Positions 10,500-18,131 of a stretch of DNA of 64,000 nt are shown piece after piece. Source of the DNA: Eubacteriales bacterium (GTDB lineage: Bacteria > Bacillota > Clostridia > Oscillospirales > CAG-272); the NCBI GenBank assembly GCA_045542275.1, contig JAZQKP010000004.1, positions 6,391 through 70,390 on the forward strand. Reading direction: 5' to 3'. The notes beneath the pieces were generated by a model. That model searched no databases, was not told the DNA's origin, and saw nothing but the letters and a program-made list of their open reading frames with translations. Position 1 is the first letter of the stretch; the number at the start of each line of letters is the position of its first letter. The translations under genes were made by a program, and so were the position numbers.

Positions 10500-11423
10500 A
10501 TGAATCATATTTATGATGTTATAATAATCGGTGGAGGACCGGCAGGATATTCTGCAGCCTTATATACCGCACGTGCAGGGCTTGATACCCTTGTAGTGGA
10601 AAAGGCAGCACCGGGTGGCCAGATGGCCCTTACAGACATTATAGATAACTACCCCGGCTTTAATGAGGGAGTGGACGGATTTACCCTTGGTATGAATATG
10701 CAAATGGGTGCTGAACGCTTTGGCGCTAAGACCGAATATGCTCAGGTTATCAGCGTTGATTTTTCCGAAAAAATCAAAAAACTAACCACGTCCTCGGGGG
10801 AATTGTATGCAAAATCAGTAATAATCGCCACAGGCGCCGACCCACGTAAGCTTGGAATAGAGGGTGAGGACGCTTTAGTCGGCAAGGGACTTCACTACTG
10901 TGCCCATTGTGATGGCAGATTCTACAAAAACAAGGTTGCAATTGTAGTTGGTGGAGGCAACTCTGCAGTTTCCGATGCCCTTTATCTTTCACATCTGTGT
11001 GAAAGGGTTATTGTAATTCACAGACGTGACACCCTTCGTGCAACTAAAATATATCATGAGCCACTTATGAAGGCAGAAAACGTTGAATTTATGTGGGATA
11101 GCGCAATAGACAGCTATCTTGTAGACGGCAGAATTACAGGCGCTAAGGTTAAAAATCTTAAGACAGGCAATGTAACAGAGGTTAAATGCGACGGAATATT
11201 TGTAAGCATAGGCAGACAGCCTATTACAGATATTTTCAATGGTCAGATTGATATAGACAGCTACGGCTACGTAATAGCAGACGAAAGCACCAAGACTAAT
11301 ATTGAAGGCGTTTTTGTAGCAGGCGATGTACGCACTAAGGCACTTCGTCAGGTAGTTACCGCTGCATCTGACGGTGCTGTCGCAGCCCATTATGCTGAGG
11401 AATATATTTCGGCATTGAACTGA
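10500..11423 (+). CDS. trxB: thioredoxin reductase
   Basis: GGGPAG, CAHCDG redox pair, GGGNSA, HRRD, AGD. Confidence 0.93.
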   Translation: MNHIYDVIIIGGGPAGYSAALYTARAGLDTLVVEKAAPGGQMALTDIIDNYPGFNEGVDGFTLGMNMQMGAERFGAKTEYAQVISVDFSEKIKKLTTSSGELYAKSVIIATGADPRKLGIEGEDALVGKGLHYCAHCDGRFYKNKVAIVVGGGNSAVSDALYLSHLCERVIVIHRRDTLRATKIYHEPLMKAENVEFMWDSAIDSYLVDGRITGAKVKNLKTGNVTEVKCDGIFVSIGRQPITDIFNGQIDIDSYGYVIADESTKTNIEGVFVAGDVRTKALRQVVTAASDGAVAAHYAEEYISALN

Positions 11424-11480
11424 CAAAATGTCATAAAAAATCAGCTACGTAATCAAAAAACAGGTACAAAAGAGGTAAAT

Positions 11481-13220
11481 ATGGCTACTTTTTATTTGAA
11501 CAATCTAACCTTCAATACACAAACAGAGGATAATTTAAGGGAAGAAAAGCTTGAGCTTTTGTCTAATGGTGAGATCTCATACTATAAATTATCTCTTGTA
11601 TTCGACGGGAAAATCAAGCCAAAAAGATACTCCCTTAGCTGGGAGGAGGATCAGGTTGATATGATGGGATTTTGGTCAAGTAAATCCCACTTTGATAAGA
11701 ATATTACTCCCGATTGGTATATGAGAAATGAAATGAGCAGAACTGCCACAGGTATGCCTCTTATCTCGATTTACAGCAAATCAAATCTTAACAGAACAAC
11801 AGTAGCATTATCCGACCCGTCAAACCCCTCAGTTCTTATGGCAGGCTGCATTGAGGAGAGAGGAGCAGTCCTTTTTAAGATTGATTTGTTCCCCGACATC
11901 AGTCCTCTTATGTCAAGCTATGAGGTTATTATCAGAATTGACAGAAGAAAAATACCCTTTTACAAATCCGTTCAGGATGTAAAATCCTGGTGGAACGAAA
12001 TCGGATATAAGAATTGCTACGTTCCCGACCATGCAAAATTGCCTATGTATTCTGCATGGTACAGCTACCATCAGGAAATAGATGTGGATGCGATTGTAAA
12101 GGAATGTAAGCAGGCTAAGGAATACGGTATGGATACCATTATCGTAGATGACGGCTGGCAGACAGACGACAGCTCCCGTGGATATGCCTACTGTGGCGAC
12201 TGGCAGGTAAGCAAAAAGAAAATACCCGATATGAAGCACTTCGTTGATGAGATTCATAAGATAGGTATGAAATTTGTTATTTGGTTTTCCGTTCCCTTTA
12301 TGGGAGTTATGAGTGAAAACTATGAAAGGTTTAAGGGAATGTATCTTGGTAACCGAAGCAGCAATGATTCTTTCGTTCTTGACCCCAGATACAAGGAGGT
12401 GCGTGATTTCCTTTGCGATATCTACGCAACCCACGTTGAAAATTACGGTTGGGACGGCTTGAAGCTTGACTTTATTGACAGCTTCCGCCCCTATGAGTCG
12501 AGCACAGATTACGATCCCAGAATGGATTGCGTTTCCGTTGAAGAGGGAGTAATCAAGCTTCTTTCCGAGGTGTCTGCAAGATTAAAGGGCGCAAATCCCG
12601 AATTTATGATTGAATTCCGTCAGTCCTACGTAGGACCGATTATGTCTATGTACGGCAACTTCTTCCGTGTCGGTGACTGTCCCTGTGATGTTTTGGTAAA
12701 CAGAATAGGTGCAATTAATCTTCGCTTGACATCAGGTGAAACTGCTGTACATAGCGATATGATTATGTGGAACAAAAACGATACTGTTGAAAGCGTAGCG
12801 TATCAGCTTCTTGGCACGCTTCTTATCGTACCTCAGATCTCCATTCGCTTTGACGATATTACAGATGAGCATAAGAAGCTTTTAAAGGGCTATCTTTCCT
12901 TCTGGCGTGAGCACAGAGACACTATTTTAAACGGTGAAATTGAAATTGAAGACGCAGAGGCCAACTATTCTATGGCAAAAAGCACCAATGATACCGAAAG
13001 TGTATGCGCTCTTTACCAGAATGTAGTTGCCAGGGTTGAGGAAAACAAGACAAATTATATCTTCAACTCAACAGGCAAGAGCTACGCATATGTAGAGTCG
13101 GATAAGGACTGTACCTATGAGCTTTATAATATTTACGGCGAAAAAGAGGGAAGCGGTACACTTTTGCGTGGCGTAACCAAGCTCCCTGTAGCCAACTGTG
13201 GAATGGTTAAAATATTCTGA
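11481..13220 (+). CDS. GH36 alpha-galactosidase-like glycoside hydrolase
   Basis: YSAWY, VDDGWQ, KLDF catalytic motifs. Confidence 0.8.
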   Translation: MATFYLNNLTFNTQTEDNLREEKLELLSNGEISYYKLSLVFDGKIKPKRYSLSWEEDQVDMMGFWSSKSHFDKNITPDWYMRNEMSRTATGMPLISIYSKSNLNRTTVALSDPSNPSVLMAGCIEERGAVLFKIDLFPDISPLMSSYEVIIRIDRRKIPFYKSVQDVKSWWNEIGYKNCYVPDHAKLPMYSAWYSYHQEIDVDAIVKECKQAKEYGMDTIIVDDGWQTDDSSRGYAYCGDWQVSKKKIPDMKHFVDEIHKIGMKFVIWFSVPFMGVMSENYERFKGMYLGNRSSNDSFVLDPRYKEVRDFLCDIYATHVENYGWDGLKLDFIDSFRPYESSTDYDPRMDCVSVEEGVIKLLSEVSARLKGANPEFMIEFRQSYVGPIMSMYGNFFRVGDCPCDVLVNRIGAINLRLTSGETAVHSDMIMWNKNDTVESVAYQLLGTLLIVPQISIRFDDITDEHKKLLKGYLSFWREHRDTILNGEIEIEDAEANYSMAKSTNDTESVCALYQNVVARVEENKTNYIFNSTGKSYAYVESDKDCTYELYNIYGEKEGSGTLLRGVTKLPVANCGMVKIF

Positions 13221-13250
13221 CAGAAAAGCAAATATATTAAGACGAACAAT

Positions 13251-13520
13251 GTGAGGTGCTACTATGAGGAATATATGGGTGGACACATTCTTTACGGACA
13301 GGGTAACTTCCTCCTATCCGAAATGGATAAGCGTAATTCTGCCTTGAAGGACGGCACCTGGTATGATTACTGGCGAGAATTTGCACTAAGTCAGCCACGT
13401 TACCGTATAGTTCCCAAGGAGCTTTATGAGGATGTTGCCCATTATATCGATTGCGAATCCCATAATGATGTGTGCAGAGAGGTTTATAAGACCTTAAATC
13501 ACTCAAATGAGCTTGACTAA
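13251..13520 (+). pseudogene. remnant of a CapA-family metallophosphoesterase
   Basis: YEEYxGGHILYGQGNF resembles the CapA C-terminal E.Y.G..I.Y..GNF motif; no N-terminal domain and no clear RBS. Confidence 0.55.
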
Positions 13521-13546
13521 GTATATTCTTAATACGTATACAAAAA

Positions 13547-13580
13547 TAAAAAGACCTGCTCAGATGAGCAGGTCTTTTTA
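13547..13580. terminator. bidirectional intrinsic terminator
   Basis: Perfect 15-bp inverted repeat TAAAAAGACCTGCTC/GAGCAGGTCTTTTTA. Confidence 0.85.
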
Positions 13581-13591
13581 TGGTCGCAATG
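13581..13591 (-). repeat. degenerate copy of the tRNA-Pro 3' end (att-like)
   Basis: TGGTCGCAATG vs TGGTCGGAATG at 15646-15656 (10/11), same orientation; both abut a terminator. Confidence 0.45.
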
Positions 13592-13897
13592 AGCCAACCC
13601 CGGTTGAACACCATTACAAAAGTGAGATAAACCCTTATGGCAAAAGGAGTTTTGCAACTTTTTTGTGAGCCGAAAAATTTGAGAAAAATGTAAAATCGCA
13701 TATCAAAAGACCTCGAAAATATCACTTTCTGAAATTTGGGATTTTTATTTTAAGGGGTATAAAAGAGCAGAACTTTTTAGACAGTATCTGAGAAAATTTA
13801 AAAAATCTATTGACATTCACCTAAGGTTAAGGTTTATAATTATAATGTCATAAGCACGATATGACGGAAATTTGCATATGATGAAAGGGAAATTATT

Positions 13898-15217
13898 ATG
13901 AAGTTAACATTTATGGGTGCGGGCAGCACCGTATTTTCTAAAAACGTATTAGGTGACACAATGCTGTGCGATGCGTTCCACGATGTAGAAATTGCGCTTT
14001 ACGATATAGATGAAAAAAGACTTGACGAGTCATATCTTCTTATTTCAAAAATGAATGACTCTATAAACGAGGGACGTGCAACAATCAAAAAGTATTTAGG
14101 TGTTTCTGAAAGAAAGGATGCGTTAAGAAAGGCAGATTTTGTCGTTAACGCAATTCAAGTAGGGCTTTATGACCCTTGCACAATTATAGATTTTGAAATT
14201 CCAAAAAAGTACGGACTTCGCCAAACAATAGGTGACACTCTCGGTATCGGCGGCATTTTCCGTGCCCTTCGTACCATTCACGTGCTTAAGGACTTTGCAA
14301 AGGATATTGAAGAGGTTTGTCCAAATGCGTGGTTCTTAAACTACACAAACCCAATGGCTATGCTCACAGGCTATATGCAAAGATATACCAAGGTAAAGAC
14401 CGTAGGACTTTGCCATAGTGTACAGAGTTGTTCTAAAGATTTGCTTAATGGTTTGAATATGAGCGACAAATTAGAGGGCAGGCGCGAGAAAATAGCCGGT
14501 ATTAACCATATGGCTTGGCTTCTTGAAATTAAGGACAAGGACGGAAATGACCTATATCCTGAAATTAAAAAGCGCGCAAAAGAGAAAAATTCAAAAGAAA
14601 AGCATGGCGATATGGTGCGTTACGACTATATTGATAAGCTTGGTTATTATTGCACAGAATCGAGTGAGCATAACGCAGAATACAACCCATTTTACATAAA
14701 GCCAAACAGAAACGATTTAATAGAAAAATTCAACATTCCTCTTGATGAATATCCACGTCGCTGTATAAATCAAATTAATGGCTGGCAAAAGCAATATGAG
14801 GATCTAATGTCAGGCGGTAAAATTGAGCATACTCGTTCAAAGGAATATGCATCATACATTATGGAGGCAATTTATACAAACAAGCCATACAAAATCGGTG
14901 GTAATGTTATTAACAACGGTGTTATTACAAACCTACCGTATGATGCTTGCGTTGAGGTGCCTTGCTTAGTAGACGGAGAGGGAATACACCCTACCTTTGT
15001 TGGAGAGCTTCCTCTCCAGCTTGCTGCCATGAATTCGTCAAACATCTATGCTCAAATGCTTACAATTGAGGCAGCCCACACAATGGATAAGCAAAAGATT
15101 TATCAAGCAGCAATGATGGATCCCCACACAGGAGCAGAGCTTTCAACAGATGAAATCATAGCACTTTGTGACGAGCTCTTTGAAGCACACGAAAAAGCAG
15201 GATATCCAATATTTTAA
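13898..15217 (+). CDS. melA: GH4 NAD+-dependent alpha-galactosidase
   Basis: MGAGS NAD-binding start, QTIGDTLG, NYTNP, GLCHSV, GINH, ESSEH. Confidence 0.88.
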   Translation: MKLTFMGAGSTVFSKNVLGDTMLCDAFHDVEIALYDIDEKRLDESYLLISKMNDSINEGRATIKKYLGVSERKDALRKADFVVNAIQVGLYDPCTIIDFEIPKKYGLRQTIGDTLGIGGIFRALRTIHVLKDFAKDIEEVCPNAWFLNYTNPMAMLTGYMQRYTKVKTVGLCHSVQSCSKDLLNGLNMSDKLEGRREKIAGINHMAWLLEIKDKDGNDLYPEIKKRAKEKNSKEKHGDMVRYDYIDKLGYYCTESSEHNAEYNPFYIKPNRNDLIEKFNIPLDEYPRRCINQINGWQKQYEDLMSGGKIEHTRSKEYASYIMEAIYTNKPYKIGGNVINNGVITNLPYDACVEVPCLVDGEGIHPTFVGELPLQLAAMNSSNIYAQMLTIEAAHTMDKQKIYQAAMMDPHTGAELSTDEIIALCDELFEAHEKAGYPIF

Positions 15218-15237
15218 GTTTGATACAAAACAATAGA

Positions 15238-15273
15238 TAAAGGGTCGCATTTCTTGTGAAATGCGACCCTTAA
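15238..15273. terminator. terminator hairpin after melA
   Basis: AGGGTCGCATTTC-ttgt-GAAATGCGACCCT perfect 13-bp stem. Confidence 0.75.
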
Positions 15274-15310
15274 ATCTTAATATAAACAAAAATAATTAAG
15301 TCATCATCAC

Positions 15311-15436
15311 GGTCCCGTGTGTCGGGCTTAGTCATAGGTGGTCTGAATGACAAGAAGCATCGCAACAAGTTGCTCGTAACACTTCGCAGCCTCTGATGTG
15401 CAAGCACCTCTCGGCTTTGCTCGCTAGGTGAACCGA
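15311..15436 (-). other. tRNA-like T-arm/acceptor 3' half split by a 100-nt hairpin-rich insert
   Basis: Removing 15329-15428 gives minus-strand TCGG-TTCAAGC-CCGAC-ACACGGG-A-CC. Confidence 0.35.
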
Positions 15437-15440
15437 AAAA

Positions 15441-15612
15441 ATCAATGGCAGAGCCATTGCATATCATCAAAACAGAGTTTTGCATATCATCAAATTCGCA
15501 GAATTTGTATATCATCATTGCGAAAGAAGATGCAACCTACGGTTGATGATATACGCCTACGGCGATGATATACACACTAAAGTGTGATGATATACCATCG
15601 CTTTCGCAATGG
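15441..15612. repeat. REP-like element: alternating mini-hairpins and ATATCAT/ATGATAT tags in inverted arrangement
   Basis: Three ATATCATC on the left, three GATGATATAC on the right, each adjoining a 4-7 bp hairpin; CATTGCGAAAG/CTTTCGCAATG 11-bp inverted repeat. Confidence 0.8.
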
Positions 15613-15614
15613 AT

Positions 15615-15646
15615 AAAAAACGACAAGCTCTCGCTTGTCGTTTTTT
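15615..15646 (-). terminator. tRNA-Pro terminator
   Basis: AAAAAACGACAAGC-tctc-GCTTGTCGTTTTTT. Confidence 0.85.
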
Positions 15647-15721
15647 GGTCGGAATGGCAGGGTTCGAACCTGCGACATCATGGTCCCAAACCATGCGCGC
15701 TACCAACTGCGCTACATCCCG
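15646..15721 (-). tRNA. tRNA-Pro (UGG)
   Basis: 76-nt cloverleaf CGGGATG...CATGG-TTTGGGA-CCATG...GGTTCGAACC...CCGACCA. Confidence 0.97.
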
Positions 15722-15739
15722 AAGCTTTATTGCCTTGAT

Positions 15740-15768
15740 ATTATATCAAATAAAAATCTGTTTGTCAA
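15740..15768 (-). promoter_or_regulatory. sigma-A promoter of tRNA-Pro
   Basis: Perfect TTGACA-17bp-TATAAT on the minus strand. Confidence 0.85.
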
Positions 15769-15791
15769 TACTCGATATTGAAAAATATATA

Positions 15792-15820
15792 AAAAGAGTG
15801 TCGCAGTGCGACACTCTTTT
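15792..15820 (-). terminator. terminator after the GH2 gene
   Basis: AAAAGAGTGTCGCA-g-TGCGACACTCTTTT. Confidence 0.8.
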
Positions 15821-15825
15821 ACTAT

Positions 15826-18060
15826 TTATTCAGGCTTTTTGATTTGGTTAAGTTGAGCATTAAGACCGAGAAGGTCATCCTTTGTAAGATTTACACCCAT
15901 AGTGCCAATCATACCGGAGAGGCGAAGAACTGTAAAGCCACCCAGCATCTGCATCATGGCATCGTTCATTTCAAAGCCACCCATAACCTCGTCACCCTTC
16001 TTAGGCATCATTTTTGCAAACATACCCATAAAGAGTGCAGCGCCTGCCTGTGTCTTAAGGATATCGCCGATCTTGTCATTAAGAGAGAAGTATCCCTCAA
16101 CCTCAGTAATATCAAACCAGTTAAGGACTGCGTTCTTTTCCTTAAGGCGATATTCCTCATTGAATACCTCAACCTTACAAATCTTGCTTTCATCCTTGCA
16201 TTCTCCTGCAACAGCCACAAGTGTGGTTTCACCTACATTGGGAACATCAAAGTAGAAGAAATGGTCGGACGCAGACTTTTTACCAAGGCTTACGCCGTTT
16301 GCAAAAAGCTCAACCTCGGGGAGATTTGAGTAAACAGTAACCTTTGTTACGTCCTCAACTCTGTCAACATAGCGCTTTCCGCAAAGATGAACAAAGGGAT
16401 CGGTAGTAAGCCAAGCCTTGTATGCGTAGAAGGAATCCTTCTTATACTTTCTGTCAAAGGTTACAAGACCCTTATGGTTCTGTCCGTTTTCACCGCCCTC
16501 GCTACGTGCGTCAGCGCCGAAGTCGAACATATTCCATACATGTGTTGCCCACATATATTTTCTTGTAAAGAGCTGTCTTATAAGCTCCTCATGGTAGTAA
16601 GCCTGATATTCCTCGGTATAGTCACCCTGTGTAGGCTTGGAGGTATGCCAGTTAAGAGCCTCACAGCCATACTCGGAGCAGCCGATAGGAATATTTGGCC
16701 AACGCTTATGGAAATTATCAAACCAAGGTCCATTCATAGAGGTGTCGCCACCGTACCAACCAAAATAGTGGTTGTAGGATACAAGGTCTGGAATCTGAAT
16801 GTAAGGGCTTTCAATGCTGCAGGGAGAAACTACTGCGATAGTAGTAGGACGTGTCTTGTCCATCTTGTGACACATATCGTTAAGGATACGGTGGTTTTCA
16901 AGAAGGTCAGGGTCCTCGTCACCCTTCATGGAGATTTCATTTGAAAGTCCCCATACTGCAATAGATGGGTGATTGTAGTTTTGTACTATAAGCTCTGTCA
17001 TCTGTGAGATTGTATTCTCACGTGCAGTAGGCATATGCTGTGAAATATAAGGAATTTCAGCCCAGATTACAAGACCGCGCTCATCGCAAAGATCGTAGAA
17101 ATACTGGTCATGCTGATAGTGAGCAAGACGAATTGTAGTAGCGCCCACCTCACAGATAAGGTCAATATCCTCTCTGTGATGCTCAGGAAGAAGAGCATTA
17201 CCAAAGCCCCATCTGTCCTGATGACGGGATACACCTCTTAAGGGGTATTCCTCACCGTTCAAAATAAATCCGTTTTCAGGGTCAATATAGTAGCTACGGC
17301 AGCCGAAGCGTGTGGAAACTACATCAATTACATCATTACCGGAAAGAAGCTCTGCCTTAGCTACATAAAGGTAAGGATCCTTTCTTCCGTGCCACTTATG
17401 TACATTCTTTATTACAAGGTTAACCTCAGTATCCTCAACAGCTGTGCAAACTGCGTTTCCGTCAGCATCTGTAATTGTATAACGAACGGATAAGCCGTCC
17501 TTCTTATTTGTTACAAAGGTTTTTACATTAACTACTGCATCGTTATCCTTAATTTCGGGTGTAACCTGAATACCGGGGCCACCGAAATAATCAAGGTCAA
17601 AGTGGGATTCGCTTACACAAATAATATTTACATCACGGTAAAGTCCACCGTAGAAGGTAAAGTCAGCTACCTGAGGATAAACTGTATTGTTGGGAGAGTT
17701 GTCGACTGCGATTACAAAAAGGTTTTCACGCACAAGGGAGTCTGTAATGTCAACACGCCATGTGGAATATCCACCGTCGTGATGTGTAAGCTTGTTGCCG
17801 TTTACATAAACATCTGCAGAGGAGTTTGCGCCCTTGATTTCTAGGTAGTAGCGATCTGCTGTGGGAAGATCCATTTTGTCAAGCTTCTTTGCATAGTAGC
17901 CTGTTCCACGGTAGTAGTCATTACCGCCGTCCTGACCGTCAATTGTGTTCCAGGAATGGGGAAGATTTACAAAATCCCATTTGGAGCAAATCTCTGTCGG
18001 CACCTCTGTTGCCATCTTTGTAAATGCCCATTTAGTATTGAAATTTATAATTTTTCTCAT
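15826..18060 (-). CDS. GH2 beta-glucuronidase (probable FMN-binding clostridial type)
   Basis: GH2 motifs (YGGLYR, RLAHY, SNE acid/base, SEYG nucleophile), YFGWY and NHKG (NxK) GUS signature; adjacent to uxuAB-eda-kdgK. Confidence 0.85.
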   Translation of the reverse strand: MRKIINFNTKWAFTKMATEVPTEICSKWDFVNLPHSWNTIDGQDGGNDYYRGTGYYAKKLDKMDLPTADRYYLEIKGANSSADVYVNGNKLTHHDGGYSTWRVDITDSLVRENLFVIAVDNSPNNTVYPQVADFTFYGGLYRDVNIICVSESHFDLDYFGGPGIQVTPEIKDNDAVVNVKTFVTNKKDGLSVRYTITDADGNAVCTAVEDTEVNLVIKNVHKWHGRKDPYLYVAKAELLSGNDVIDVVSTRFGCRSYYIDPENGFILNGEEYPLRGVSRHQDRWGFGNALLPEHHREDIDLICEVGATTIRLAHYQHDQYFYDLCDERGLVIWAEIPYISQHMPTARENTISQMTELIVQNYNHPSIAVWGLSNEISMKGDEDPDLLENHRILNDMCHKMDKTRPTTIAVVSPCSIESPYIQIPDLVSYNHYFGWYGGDTSMNGPWFDNFHKRWPNIPIGCSEYGCEALNWHTSKPTQGDYTEEYQAYYHEELIRQLFTRKYMWATHVWNMFDFGADARSEGGENGQNHKGLVTFDRKYKKDSFYAYKAWLTTDPFVHLCGKRYVDRVEDVTKVTVYSNLPEVELFANGVSLGKKSASDHFFYFDVPNVGETTLVAVAGECKDESKICKVEVFNEEYRLKEKNAVLNWFDITEVEGYFSLNDKIGDILKTQAGAALFMGMFAKMMPKKGDEVMGGFEMNDAMMQMLGGFTVLRLSGMIGTMGVNLTKDDLLGLNAQLNQIKKPE

Positions 18061-18076
18061 ATAATCTCCTTTTCTT

Positions 18077-18117
18077 AAAAAATGTCCGACAGGACCTAGG
18101 AAGCTCTGTCGGACATT
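18077..18117 (-). terminator. hairpin/terminator between the permease and the GH2 gene
   Basis: 12-bp stem AATGTCCGACAG/CTGTCGGACATT followed by a T run on the minus strand. Confidence 0.55.
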
Positions 18118-18131
18118 GTAAGGTCAATTAA

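Noticed and set aside
11421-11433. TGACA-aaa-TGTCA palindrome before the GH36 gene
   Set aside because: Short, single, overlaps the trxB stop, and no cognate regulator is nearby
13237-13725. 162-aa minus-strand ORF
   Set aside because: It crosses a terminator and lies antisense to the CapA-like relic, with no recognisable motif
15441-15612. CRISPR array
   Set aside because: The repeats are only 8-10 nt, invert midway and are separated by self-complementary spacers; no cas genes are present
15270-15842. ORFs 15270-15518 and 15609-15842
   Set aside because: They overlap the repeat element and tRNA-Pro; VGMAGFEPATS is a typical tRNA antisense translation artefact
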